A stretch of 63,363 nucleotides of DNA, filler included, from Folioceros fuciformis (taxonomy: Eukaryota), in assembly GCA_049999805.1 (NCBI GenBank). It is 11 parts of 11 records of this genome, joined end to end, with 100 filler letters (N's around TTAATTAATTAA, not from the genome) between each part and the next. Parts side by side here need not be neighbours in the genome. Positions count along the whole stretch, not along the records: positions 22,835 to 26,110 come from JBNGIO010001555.1; positions 26,211 to 43,594 come from JBNGIO010001556.1; 9 more parts are not named here. One strand, written 5' to 3'. The translations under genes were made by a program, and so were the position numbers. How positions within the stretch are numbered: the stretch's first letter is position 1; each line of letters starts with the position of its first letter. This document shows positions 22,835 to 35,121 of this stretch, piece after piece. The notes under the pieces are model-generated. The model saw nothing but the letters and a program-made list of their open reading frames with translations. It ran no database searches and was not told the DNA's origin.

Positions 22835-24375
22835 AATGGACGAATGGGGCAAGTTCAAAGCGGCAGCAGGATGAAGGCGGAATGTCTCCTTCACCACAGC
22901 TTGGAGGAAGGGCAGGTCAGGAAGGTCAGCTTCCTCCACCAGCCTTTCCTTTCCCACAACACTGTCCAACTCTGCCTGCAGTTTGGCAGCAATGTCGGGC
23001 TGCCGAACTAGCTCAGCCATCGCCCATTCCAAGGTGTTGGCAGAAGAATCTGTGCCTGCCAGTAACATGTCCTGCACGAGTACGAATTGCACGTGTGTCA
23101 AGATTCACCCAGGACATTTGCAAACCCTTGCAATGCTTCTCCTCAAAGCCTAGATAGAGCACCGTGTGAGGTCAGTGAGAGGAATAAGCGGAGAATTGGA
23201 ACCAGGCAGAGAGCTTTGATGGTTGTATCATCTATATGGTCCGCTCCATGACTTGCTTGAAGCACAAGGAGATCATCAACGAAGTCGGGATCTTTCTGCT
23301 TGGGATGTTGCCTGTGCTCCTGTAGTATTCGGGTCAAGAACTCGTCCAGCCTCTTGTGACATTTCTTCATGCGAGCCCTGAAATTGGTGAGCAGATCTAG
23401 CACGGACAGGTAGGGAATGTAGTCCCCAATCAGCTGTACTCCAAGCAGCTCGGCAGCCTCTGAAATTAGCCCCATCAACTCCTTCCCCTCGTCTGGCTGA
23501 ACAAGTTACCCAGATGCCGAGAGTGAGTAAAGGCGCAAACGGTCATTGAAAACTACCAAGCGCTCTCCACGATTTGGGACACCTGGATGAAAACATTATG
23601 CATACATCGTTCTCCAGCGGGTCGTGACCTCTTCTTGCTCCAGCAGCGGCTGAGCTCATTCTCACAAAACATTTGCTGAAGCAAATTTGCGTCATGAAAT
23701 TGGAGACGAGCGCTAACAGCAGTGTGCTCATCTTGGTGGTAGCCGACTGAACCGCGTCGTGGTAAATGGCTTTCACCATGGTAGAAGCTACCTGTTGTCT
23801 GAAGATCGAGTACTCATTGATTTTCTTCTGCGTCAGAAGCTCCATTGCAAGTATCTTCCTGCAGCTCATCACGAAACAGAAACTGAGCACCTCACTCAGA
23901 TATCGAGAAGGGTTCACCAGCTGTTCTAGATCTTCCACTTCCTCAAGCAGCTGCTGATGCTTCCTAGTTCCACTCACCTTGTAAATCGCCAGTATTCTCC
24001 GTAAGGAGAGAACCCGACATCCCTACCACTATACATCAGGCTCTCGATGGCGAACGATTGTGGTCGAGATGCGAAAATGCGGTCCTGTCCTTTGAACAGC
24101 TCTTTACACACCTCTGGAGAGGAGACCACGACGCAAGGTGTGACTCCCAATCGCAGGAACATGATGGGCCCGTGGCGCTGAGCCAGATCAGAGAGTACAT
24201 GGTGAGGCAGCTTGGAGGAAGCGAAGATGATCAGATTTCCCAGCACCGGAATGCCTGCAGGCCCTGGTGGCAGATTCAGGTTTGGCCAGTGGAGCCAACG
24301 ATTGTATTTCAGCGCACAAAGGATCAGCGCACTTACGAAGAAAGCAATCCACAACAACACCGCCATGGCACCCAC
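22835..24375 (-). CDS. Cytochrome P450, CYP71 clan, 3' part missing at contig end
   Basis: Membrane anchor + LPPGP hinge; YGEYWR; I-helix AGTDSS; K-helix KETFRLHP. Introns at 23859-23977, 23497-23605 and 23072-23202. Confidence 0.93.
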
Positions 24376-24869
24376 TGTATATGAGATGTCCGATTATGTC
24401 TAAGTGGATCTCCTCATAATGTCCAGCATGCCACTGCTACACAGTTTCTCTCCATCATCTTTTGTGAGAGGGGGCTAGTGCATTTTGGCTTTATAATTAT
24501 GGATCTCTCTCCCTTTTTTTAATAAATTTGACATCGGTAGTTGGGATCTCTAACTTTTAATGAAGAAAAAAATGATATAATTTAATGTTTCTCTTGCTCT
24601 CTAACGGCACGTGTGTAGGTAGTGGAGTACCAGATCCGTAGATGCTTCGGCTCAAAGCTTGAATCGTTATCCACCCTAAAGCCCACGATGGCAATGAGTG
24701 GTGTTATCAGTACATATTTATTAGTACAGAAAAAATGCAAATAAGATATAAATGAGAAATTAAAATAGAATAAGAAATATACATAAAAGTAAAAGGAAAG
24801 GTTAACCATCAAATAGCATGCTAGGGTGTTAGTTCAATCGAAGTTTTTGCAGTCTTGCACAAAACATTC

Positions 24870-25115
24870 ATAACAGGGAGAATGGGCTTGTGCTAATGCC
24901 AAGATGGTTCATAGCAGGAAAAACGGGCTTGGGCCAAGACGGTTTATAACAGGAGAAATGGGCTTCGGCCAAGACGGTTCATGATAGGAGAGATGGGTTT
25001 GGGCCAAGATGGTTCATACACATTAGGAAAATTGAGCTTGCACCAAGACGGTTCGTACATAGTAGAAAAAATGACTTACGCCATGACGGGTCATAATAGG
25101 GAAAATAGGCTTGTG
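24870..25115. repeat. Degenerate 35-bp tandem array (about 6-7 units)
   Basis: ccaaga(c/t)ggttcat anchor at 24899, 24934, 24969, 25004, 25043, 25081. Confidence 0.85.
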
Positions 25116-25199
25116 TAACAAGGAAAATGGTCTTGGTCTTCTCTTTTGTGAAATGGGCTTGGTCTTCCTCTTTCATGTACTGTAGCATTAGTGTGCTTT

Positions 25200-25522
25200 C
25201 ATTAGCGGGTTTTCATAGCTCTTTCGAGCATTGGCTAATGCTATGTAGTGTGCTTTCGGCAAAGGGTATCTATTGCCCTTCTAAGCATTGACTAGCACTA
25301 TATAGCATTCCTTTGATTGAGGGTTTCCATTGCGCTTCCAAGCGTAGGCTACTGTTGTAGAGGGTCTCTATTGCGCTTTCGAGCACTGGCCAACGCCATA
25401 GAGGGTTTCCATTGTGCTTCCAAGCGTTGGCTAATGCTGTAGAGGATTTCCATTGTGTTTCCAAGTGTTGGCTAACTTTTTAGAGGGTTTCCATTACACT
25501 TCCAAGCATTAGCTAATGCCAT
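25200..25522. repeat. Degenerate 41-bp tandem array (about 7 units)
   Basis: agggtttccattg.gcttccaagc.ttggctaatgc anchor at 25320, 25361, 25402, 25443, 25484. Confidence 0.85.
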
Positions 25523-25649
25523 ATAAAAACAACAACATTGGCAAGAGAGAGCGGGCAGCAACTCCAATGGTATTGGTAGTCATGAGGCTTCAAGAGGTTA
25601 GCAACTAGTATGACAATCATGATTTATCTCCTTGTTTAGTGTTAGGTAT

Positions 25650-26110
25650 TTTCTATGATTGAAAAAGAGATGGAAAGTCCCATCTACTCCAAAGATTCGA
25701 GGAACAACCCCATTAGGGTCAAAGGCAAAAAGAGGTACTCTCCCTTGCGAATATCATTTTCAAAAACTACCTACTGCTCCCAAAATGTCGTGATGTGGAA
25801 TAACAAAAGGCCTACCTACCACCGGTGCCGAAGAAGCCGCTTGAACTGCGCTTGTTGCTGTTCTAAAAATTGCATTGGCCAATGCTCGTTGCGAGGCAAT
25901 GGATACACGTTGTCAAAAGAAAGCCACCACAAAGGAAAAAGGGATAACACCATTCCTATTGCTCTAATAAACCTTGGCACACTCCTTGATAAACCTTGAA
26001 AAGTCCTTGCCCATAGCTCCATAAGTCTCAAGAGCAAGGGGATGAAAGTATGCCTGTCTTGCAAGGGAGAATACTTATGGACTTTGGCACTTGCACAACC
26101 CTTTGCTGCC
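25650..26110 (-). mobile_element. 3' end of an RLE-type (CRE/R2-group-like) non-LTR retrotransposon, degenerate
   Basis: Allowing two frameshifts: AA...AKVHKY...HTFIP-ALETYGAMGKDF-FIKECA...QRVSIASQRALANAI, the C-terminal restriction-like endonuclease signature. Confidence 0.65.
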
Positions 26111-26210
26111 NNNNNNNNNNNNNNNNNNNNNNNNNNNNNNNNNNNNNNNNNNNNTTAATTAATTAANNNNNNNNNNNNNNNNNNNNNNNNNNNNNNNNNN
26201 NNNNNNNNNN

Positions 26211-26938
26211 CCACCAAGGAGGCTGTATGGTTGAGAAAGCTCATGGAGGAGATTGGTTATGAACAATTGCATCCGACCATTCTTAGGAGCGATAGTCAAG
26301 GAAGTATGGCCTTGATCAAGAATCCAGTGCATCATGCAAGGACAAAGCATATTGACATTCAACATCACTTTGTACGTGAGAAGGTGAAGTTATTGGAGGT
26401 TACCTTTGAATATTGCAACACTGAGGAAATGGCTGCAGATTTCTTAACCAAGGCAGTGAGTAAGTTCAAGTTTGAGAAATGCAGGGGACTACTTGGACTG
26501 AAGCAAACTCAAGTGCGCTGAGTGGGAGTGTTAAGCATGATTAATGTTGAGATTAATTAGTGCTAATCCAGCTTATTGAGTTTGTACTAATTAGTGGTAA
26601 GAGTGATTAAGGTTATGATTAATATATATAAATATATATATCTTATTAGACTTTGCTATGTTGGGCAAAAGAAGTATTGTAGGGTTTGGTTGGGGTCATT
26701 TATCCCATATTGGGCACAAAATGAGAGTGCCACCCATAGGTCCATAAAAGAAGGGATGAACCCACTTAGTATATGTAGTCTAACTCCCTCTTCACTTGTA
26801 TTGTGTTGTTTTTGTAATTCTCCTTTTTATTTGAGTTTAAGAGCCTTGTTATAGTGCTCTTAGTTTTGGGATTCTGCATCTTGCTTCAACTAACTTGTTT
26901 TAACCTCCTTTGAGCATGGCGGGGGTGACATCTCAACA
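26211..26938 (+). mobile_element. Ty1/Copia 3' end: RNase H, PPT and 410-bp 3' LTR
   Basis: KEAVWLR...DSQG...NPVHHARTKHIDIQHHFVRE...ADFLTK; PPT GAGTGGGAG; LTR 26529-26938 TGTTAAG...CTCAACA. Confidence 0.88.
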
Positions 26939-27738
26939 ATCCCCACCACCGAATAGTTTTCTTGCCTATGCTTCTATACATATTGATTCTACTTTGCCTT
27001 TGCATGCCACATATGTGGTTGCTTGCATAACGCACTATGCGGTTACTTGTACGTTGTGCATAATATTGCTATTTTCCATAAGGATCTCCGTTTTGTTTTA
27101 ATAGTCTATAATCCTACAAAGTTAGGTATAGACAAAGCTTTTGTATTCTCATGGGTTTAAGAAGTGGTGAGGTTGTCACCACTTTAGTTATTTCAGTTTT
27201 TTTGCATTCCTTTTCTACAAAGACCTTACACTTCCCGCACCTGATATGATAGTACAAGTATTTGAAGACGAACAAACTCCACTTAAGGTTGTTTATCATC
27301 CTCAAAAGAAGAATGAAGATAATTTACAGCTTTTCTTGTAGCCTCTTCTTCATCATACTTTGCATTTTCTTTCTTTGGTTACGACTTTGAAGCCTTCTCT
27401 ACATCTCCTTTGGGAGGCTGCACTTTCTCTTTGACTCTAATGTTGTATCTTTCTTTGACCCCAATGTTGCATATTCAACTAAGGGAGTTTTCGAGCGATG
27501 AAATTCTCATGGTGCTCCCCTAGCTGCTTAAGATTCTTTTGAGTTTGCTCAAGTTAGTATACATCGCTTTCTTAGAGAGGATGTGGAAGAGTTGGGAAAA
27601 AAGTTCATCTTCAACTAAAGTTCGAGTAAGTTTGATCATTCGTGCTTGCTTTATAATTGAGGTTTCTACTCATCAAGTTAACCATATGCTTTTACATATC
27701 TAGAGGATCGCTTAGAGGCTAACAACTTACCTCCCTAT

Positions 27739-28464
27739 GCATTAGGCAAGCAAGATTTTTCCAAGCTTGCTTACGTAATGCCGATCACTGGGACGGCCTG
27801 TTGGTGGCTACGAAGGAGGAGTGGTGTAGACTATGTAGCGTTGGCGCCCCCCACAAAAGCCAACATCGGTTCTTTCAATGTGATTATGCACAAGGTGTTA
27901 GGACTGCAGTTGGCAAATGGTTACCGAGGCTCCTCCCCGAGAGCAACCTCATGGTCATGGAGCAAACAACCCTATTCGGGCTAGATGAGGCTTCGGGATG
28001 GCCACTACTCCAAAGATAGTCGTGGGGGTTGGGTGTGGTCCTCCTCACTCTTTTCTCTTTGGCTGAACTGGATGATGGAGGTCTATGGCGAGAGAGACCA
28101 GTGTCAAGGAAAGCTCTACTATGGCGTATTTGGGAACAGGTTTGGGTGGTTGCTGACAACATACAAACATTTACTTCTACTAAGTTCAAGCGAAAAGAGT
28201 AGAAATCAGCCGGCTTTCTCGGGCATAACAATTAATGGAATCACTCCTATCCTTAGGGCATGTAAGGTTACCTCTCCACTTGGGGTGTGGGGAGCCACTT
28301 GCATAATAGGATAGGTAAAGAGTCGACCGTTGCTTAAGTCTAGGATCTAGCTTTAAACGCTAACTTATATTAGCTCAATTGCTAGTGATGTGTTTTTGCA
28401 ATCCTTGATGCAGCCTTGTCTTGTTTTAATCTAAATTCTTTTCTTCGTGAAAAAAAAAAACGAA
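27739..28464 (+). mobile_element. 5'-truncated LINE (L1-like) with poly(A) tail and degraded TSD
   Basis: zf-RVT motif CRLC...HRFFQC; A11 tail at 28450-28460; flanks aacttacctccctat (27724-27738) and aacttctctccctat (28465-28479). Confidence 0.75.
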
Positions 28465-29583
28465 AACTTCTCTCCCTATCCTCATGATATAGTTCAATTC
28501 GGCATGGAAGTTGGCGAAAACAATAACTACTACCAGAGACACATCATTGGGAACCTTCAAACCCATTTCCAACTCAACCAGCATTGAGCACAATGTGCTT
28601 TGATGAAGTTAATGTGGATGAAGTTGCCCCAAACTATCAAAGACACATGTGAAGAGAATTCATGGGTGCAAAGCTAGAAGAAGGTCTTGTATGCCATATG
28701 GCTCTTGGACGAAACGAGGAGAAGGGAGAAAGTAGCTCAAGTTGTCTTCAAGAGGGAAACAGTAGATTGCAAAGAAATCCAAGATGATTCTAATCAAAGT
28801 AAGAAGGAGTTTAAAGAGAGATATGAGGTGGCCCTAAGGTAGAGGAGGATGAAGTGGTAGAGAATGATGACATAACTAAAAATGATAAAATAGCTGAAAA
28901 TGTTGTTTACACAGAACTTTTAGGTTTGTTTGAAAGAAGTCATAAAAATCTACCAACTTATTCAAGACCATTGGAAAGAAGTTCAAAAAATCCACCAATT
29001 TAACATCATTAGAGTCCGAAATTTGTGCACTAGGGTTTGTTTCTAGGAAGTATTATTTAGCGTGGGTGGTTAGCCAGCCCATAGGACGAAATAGCTTAAC
29101 CAAAAAAATCTAGCATAAATTCATGTTACTTCATATCTAGATCCAATTCCCAAGGCTATAGTGCAAGTCACAATTCTGCTATATTGGGCTTTACTTATGT
29201 ATTTGCTTTCCTCACTTGTCACAAGTATTTAAATGCACTTCCCGATGTCTCTTTGCGAAAAGCGGTATTTTGATTGACGGTTGCATCCCGCCTCTCGCTC
29301 AGCGACTGCAAGGGCTTCTGAGTATATCGTCACAGCTGCTCTCTTCACTAACCAGACAATGTAACGAACCGTCACCCCGTAACGGGTTACGGAACCCCTC
29401 AGGTTCCGCTCACATACTCGATGACTGGGCCTCCCTCAATCAAGCTCCGTGCAGGCATGAACATGGAATTAGGGTTTAGAGTGTGGGCTAAAAAGTTGGC
29501 CACGTTCCAGCACACGGTGGAGCTGTACGGGAGCATGGTTTTGTGTCTACACTGGACGCAACAATTACGTACCCGGTGTAGGT

Positions 29584-30650
29584 ATGGCTGATTCTTCCGA
29601 AATTCGGCCGGACATCCCTGCCTCGGCCTTGCCGTCTAGTTCTGAGGATTTTGCTCTGTGGAAGGGCAGCATAGATCCTCTGGCAGATCCTGCGCCTCAC
29701 TACCGGGCTGTTCCCAGCCAGCTTACCTGCTCCACCAAGGCTCTGAATGGATTGTGGGCCGGGGTCAGATTCGGCCTGTTTGCTGGAGCTGTGGGGACCG
29801 CTTTCCAGGTCATGGAGTCGAGGCTAAGGTGAGAGCGCATGAACCTGCTGGCTGCCATCTTCTGCTTGTCACGGGGGAGCTGAGTCGCACTGGTGTTGAT
29901 GCCAGGGGCCCCGCTGCACTCGCCGTCGTGATGCGAGGCTCAGCTTCTGCTGCGTTCACATTTGGGAGCGGGATTGGCCTGTACAGAGGATCCGAGTGCA
30001 AATTTCAGCAGCTGCGAGGTTCGTTAGTTTAGCATTGTGGCGTCAAGCAGTGCGTAATTGTGATGCAAGAGTTTTAAGTTGCCCGCGTTTGCATAGGTGT
30101 ACAGGATGTGTATAATGCGATGCTGGCTGGAGGACTGATCGGAGCGCTGGCCGAGGTTCCTGTCATGCTTCGGAACCGGCTTCTGGAGGACATAGAGAAG
30201 GTGCTTCTTGTGCCTATTTGAAGGTAGATACCCAGAGTAGTTTTGCCCCGGCTCGAACGTTATTGACTCCGACTTTTGACAGGGTAAACTTGTCTTCAGA
30301 CCGAGGCCGAGATTCCTCTTCAACGCGGCAGGTGTGTGTGTCGTTTGTCGCCTCTGAGAAGAATGCTTAGTATATGCTTCTTAATCGTTTTCGGTGCAGT
30401 TGGAGCAGCTGGATGCGGCATTTTGTACCTGCTGGAGGCAACACCAAAATCGACGAGGCAGTCTCTACCGAGGACAGCTCCCTTACCGCCTCCACTGCTA
30501 GAACAGGGGAGCGGAGATGCCCTGTGGACAGGAGAAGGCTGGGCAGAGACTAGAGATGAGTGGAGCCCTGACGGTGGTTTTAGTGTCCCGGAAGTGATAG
30601 ACCTCGGTGTAGAACCAGCTTTTGACACGGAAGGGGGAGCTACGACGTGA
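29584..30650 (+). CDS. Tim17/Tim22/Tim23 (PRAT) family membrane translocase-like protein, 5 exons
   Basis: Spliced product ...GVRFGLFAGAVG...SASAAFTFGSGIGLYRGSECKFQQLRG|VQDVYNAMLAGGLIGAL...; four short GT-AG introns keep the frame. Confidence 0.8.
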
Positions 30651-31153
30651 CCTTTAACTGCTGCAAAATCGACAGGGCTATCAGTTCCAAATTCCATCCC
30701 AGCACTTCCCCGACCTAGTTAGATTGATTTTCTTAGGGCACGCAGTTGACCGGTCTGTACTTTCCGCATTCATTCTCCTATTCAGACTTGGGGCGGTTCA
30801 AAAGGTATCTCCAAATGTTCAGGGTGTCTACAGATCCGAACTTAAAAGTTCGATAAACATGCTAAACAATCCCGAAACCACCTATTGCAGCTGCGCAGGA
30901 CTGCCAGGGAAAAGGTCTCGTTGTGCAGCGAAGTCATGTCTGGATGAATGCAAAATTGCTTTCCCCCTCTCCTCCTCATCGTTGTTTCCATTAACGATGT
31001 AGTCTTATCCATCAGAAAGCCAGCTCCCTGTAAAAGTAGCAAATCATTCAGAGCTCTGCGTAACTTGTATGAATGCAATTCCTAGAAAAGTTCCGGTCTC
31101 CACAACGAAAGAAGTCAGTTAGCAACAAATTCTCACCTACAGCATCCCCAACA

Positions 31154-31501
31154 CTAACGATCTGGTGAAGCATGGCAGAGAGTACCATGGACTAAAGCCG
31201 GCGACGAGAGAGAACTGGTGCTCAAGCGAGCCACCAGGCGGGCTGCCGCTGTGGCGCTGTACAACGGAAGCAGAGACTCTCCACAGGCAATCCGAGGCAA
31301 CAAGCCACTCCTCCGACTCCGGAACGCAGATCCTTCCAAGGACCGGAAATCAGCCGTAGCAGGGTTTCGCATCCTGCGAGCAGCACCTTCCACCTGTACT
31401 TCCCCCCTGCTCAGCAAATGGCACCCCCGAGAGGACGACTGCCATAACCGAGCTCCAGACAACACCGACCTCTTTGCCGCCCGACTTACGATTGCCGCCA
31501 T
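31154..31501 (-). CDS. NFD6: NUCLEAR FUSION DEFECTIVE 6-like small mitochondrial protein
   Basis: Arg/Ser-rich presequence and the conserved ESLLPLYSATAAARLVARLS motif. Confidence 0.75.
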   Translation of the reverse strand: MAAIVSRAAKRSVLSGARLWQSSSRGCHLLSRGEVQVEGAARRMRNPATADFRSLEGSAFRSRRSGLLPRIACGESLLPLYSATAAARLVARLSTSSLSSPALVHGTLCHASPDR

Positions 31502-32102
31502 CGCAGACAAGGAAGATTAGGGCTTTCGCGGTGATTCTCTCAATTTCACACCCCCGGCGCGAACTGAGCTCGAATTTCGAAGCAAGTTTCTAAAAGAACG
31601 TCAAGTGATTCTTACATAACATATCCGAAACTTTATTGAGTTGAAAGCCTTTCTCCCGCAGTATCACGCTAAAGTCTTTCTGGACCATCTGAAATAGGCG
31701 AGAGACGACAACTGGGCATGGCTGCTCTGCTCAGCATCAAATTGTGCTGTCTAAGGTTCTTCTTCCGATGACAAAAACGAAGCACCGGAGGAAATGGGAA
31801 ACGATCAGTTGGTGATATGTTGTGGCTAGCCAGCAAACAGATGCCGATCTTCCAGCACCTGCATCTTAACAAAGCGCGACGCTCCAATGCAACTAAACCT
31901 GCTAGCTGTCTGCAGTAGTTTTCTGTCCTTACATGAGGACCGCAGGAAGTATCAACACAAGCCTGCATCACGCTACATACTGGTCTCCAAGCCCTGCTGA
32001 CCATCGATGCCATTCAGCGAATTACCATCTCCTTCTCATGAAACCATGCAAACATCCAACTGACCGAATGAGGGCTCCGTTTCTCCAGCCAGTACCAGTC
32101 CC

Positions 32103-32561
32103 TCAGTCCAGAGAATTGCGGACTTGGATTCCCATGGACCGGGCGGTTCCAATGATCGACTTACAGATAGCTTCGAGAGGGACGTACTGGCAATCCGGAT
32201 CCGTCTGCTTGATCTTAGCAATCTCATAGACGTGCTTCAGTGTGACAACCCCAACAGTATCATGCCCCGGCCTGCCACCACCTTTCTGTAGCCCAGCTGC
32301 CTTCTTCAGAAAGTAGGAAACCGCGGGCGACTTCACCTTAAAGTCGAATGTGAAGTCCTTGTATGCGGTGATCAACACAGACATAGGGACATCTTGCCTG
32401 ATGTGCTGCGTCCGAGCGTTGAACTCCTTGCAGAAAGCCATCAAATTCAAACGGTGCTGTCCCAGCGCAGGCCCGACTGGTGGAGCGGGCTTCGCTTGCC
32501 CCGCATTCACCACAAGCCTGATCATTGCTGATACTGGCTTCTCCTTCACCTTGCCTGCCAT
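32103..32561 (-). CDS. MRPL11: Mitochondrial 50S ribosomal protein L11 (uL11m)
   Basis: IRLVVNAGQAKPAPPVGPALGQHRLNLMAFCKEFNART...HVYEIAKIK...IIGTARSMGI. Confidence 0.95.
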   Translation of the reverse strand: MAGKVKEKPVSAMIRLVVNAGQAKPAPPVGPALGQHRLNLMAFCKEFNARTQHIRQDVPMSVLITAYKDFTFDFKVKSPAVSYFLKKAAGLQKGGGRPGHDTVGVVTLKHVYEIAKIKQTDPDCQYVPLEAICKSIIGTARSMGIQVRNSLD

Positions 32562-32659
32562 TTCCCCAAATCCTTCGTCCACTAACAGGACTGCCGGATA
32601 GAAGATGTTGAGTATTTTCTTCACATCTGAACGACAGTAGCGGAAACACTCTCGCAAGA

Positions 32660-32668
32660 TTAGGGTTT
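32660..32668 (-). promoter_or_regulatory. Telo-box upstream of MRPL11
   Basis: AAACCCTAA on minus strand about 100 bp before the ATG. Confidence 0.6.
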
Positions 32669-33959
32669 AGCGATTCACTATAACTATGTCTCCCTTTCTT
32701 CGCTATACCTCTCCTGGTGGGTGATCTCGCTTTTTGTTTTCGGAAGGGCTTCGGGGCCACCTCTTCGGCCTCGCAGTTGCAACCATGGCTGCTACCGAGC
32801 ACGGGCTTGAAATTGATGTCGATGGCCACCATGGGTTATCGCTTGTGGGGCTTCCCTCACGCGTCTGGTTGTGGGGGATTCGCGGGTTTGGCTGTACCAC
32901 CACATCGCTATGCACTGCAAAGCTGGGCGATCGATTCTCCATAGCTTGTTGGTTGAATTAGGGCCGGATCGGCATGCCACCATCAGATTCTCGCACAAGC
33001 ATCAAGGAGGTGAGCTGTTGGAAAATGTAAGGTGATGGCTTGCATTCCACAGTATGTCGCTCCACTTATGGCCCAGTGCGATGAAACGCGTGCATTTCAG
33101 GGAAAACAGATCTGACTGTGACAGGCGTCGTCACAGATCTCCGATGCTCGTCTCGAGATGTGAGGGTTCAGCAAGTTGAGGAGCGAGTTCTCCTGTGCTG
33201 GATCTGTATTCCGACGAACCTGTATCAAACGCTCGTTACTGAAAGCGCACCGTGCTCAGGCGGAGTACATGGCTTCAGACCTCCTTCTGTTTAGGTTGTC
33301 TACAGCCCTGCCTTGACAATGCACAATTTCCTTGATTACATGAAAGTTATCAATTTGTTCGAAGCTTGATGTCAGTTCCCATCTGAGGGGATCAGTATTT
33401 GGTCACAGCTACGCAAGTGCATCACATGCCAAGCAGAGGATTGGGACATTGTGCTTGTAAACTCAGATGATGTGACTGTCCTGCTGCTTGTTTTTGACTG
33501 TGGCTGCTGATCGGTCAGGGTCTTCAAATGCGGTGGGATTCCATGTCACCTTGGAAAACCTGTAATTGAGCACGGCACGTACGATAATCTCTTTAGTCAC
33601 TGAAAGGGGAAAGCGTGTGAAGGAAGTGTAGGTGACGCCGCCAAGGTCCTCACTCCTCAGGTGTCACCATTATGTCACTGGTTGGTCAGCAGCTCCTGGC
33701 CTCTGACAATGAGGGAGTGAGTAATCGTATGACCTGAAAAAAATTGTCGGTGCCAGGTAGTGCCTGGAAACTGGTGGAGACTTTATAATCATCTATTCAC
33801 TGATTATTTTACAGCTCTCCTTCACGCATATACTCACTGATGATGCTGCAGCTCTGATTCGCGTGAACCAAACAACTGTGAGTGGACCAGCCCGAAACTA
33901 CCGATCTTGACCCCATGGAATCGTTGAACAGCTGCTGTGGACTTTGATACCCAGTCAGC

Positions 33960-35121
33960 ATGGACGTCTTCAAACAGTTTCTGGACAAAAACACAGCCAA
34001 GCCGGAATTAAAGGTTGCCGCAGGCAAGGATGGCGGATCCAGCAGCCAATTCCTTGACAAGCTGAACAAGATGAAATTCAGTCGTGAGAAACTGGGCATC
34101 ATCGCTGTGCTGGCTGTCTCGAGTGGTGTATTATTCCTTGTTTGGCATCACCCTAAGCTAAGATATGGGCGCCCAGCGGAGACGGCAAGAAGATGTTGCA
34201 AGACCAGAGGCAGTCAAACAGATTCTGACGAGCTCACTTGTACCACCATATCAGTATCAGGGTGTCCTCCTCCTACAATATGTGTCTCTGCTCCACCCAC
34301 AGCTGGGTCGACACCCTGTTGTGCCGAGAAACGTGGGGAGACTGCTACCACAGCCGTCGACATGGAGGATTCAGGAGAAACGGTTGTGGTGCATCCTTCT
34401 CAAAAGCCTCGTGCTATACTGGGGAGCTGGAGCACGAGGTCTCGGGGACCTGCGGACGTTGTCAGCAGTTCGCACGACGGTATCAGCTACGGTTCTAGTC
34501 TTTCTCGAAGGAAGAATGAAATTGAGCCTGCTTTGCTTCGTCCTTGCTTGCTTTGAGTAGAGAATGACAAGAATGCTTCCTCCCACAGGTGGCAGCGGTA
34601 GGAGGAAAAGGGTTTCCTTTTCAAAGAACGTGGTTGAACCAGTAGGTGACAATGAGGCGTATCGTCGAAATCCTCGGTCAGCACGTCACGGTTCAACCGT
34701 AAGGCGGTTGGATAACATCAAGAAGAATGGCGATGTCTCCCACAAGGATGCTGCGAATCGGGCCACTTACGCTGGCGCTTCACGTCCACCATGTCACCCA
34801 GATACTATAAGAAATGCCATGGAACAGGAGCCTCAGCCCACAGCGCATGAGAATGGCATGGACGTAGTCAAGGGTTGCCGGCACACTCGATCGGTTGAGA
34901 CAGCGGGGCAGAGATTCTTCTCCCTGAAGCAGCAAGACAGGAACAAGTATGATACAAACGCACAGTATTGGCCTTCCCTCCCTGCGGGCGATAACAGAAC
35001 ATCAAATGGCCATGCTATTATTTCAAAGGACTCCGTCTGCGACCAAGGGCAGAATTGCTGCAAGATTACTGGCTCCCTGACATGTACTTCCAAACCAACT
35101 CAATCGGACGTATGCTGCTGA
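33960..35121 (+). CDS. Plant single-pass membrane protein with KRVxF motif, split into two ORFs
   Basis: N-terminal TM segment (LGIIAVLAVSSGVLFLVW), LRPCL, then RKRVSFSKNVVEPVGDNEAYRR in another frame; resembles a family of small uncharacterised plant proteins. Confidence 0.5.

Noticed and set aside
24870..25522. CRISPR-like arrays (also 43695-43870 and 18980-19135)
   Set aside because: Units repeat over their whole length or are degenerate, with no invariant repeat plus unique spacer pattern and no cas genes; the context is eukaryotic.
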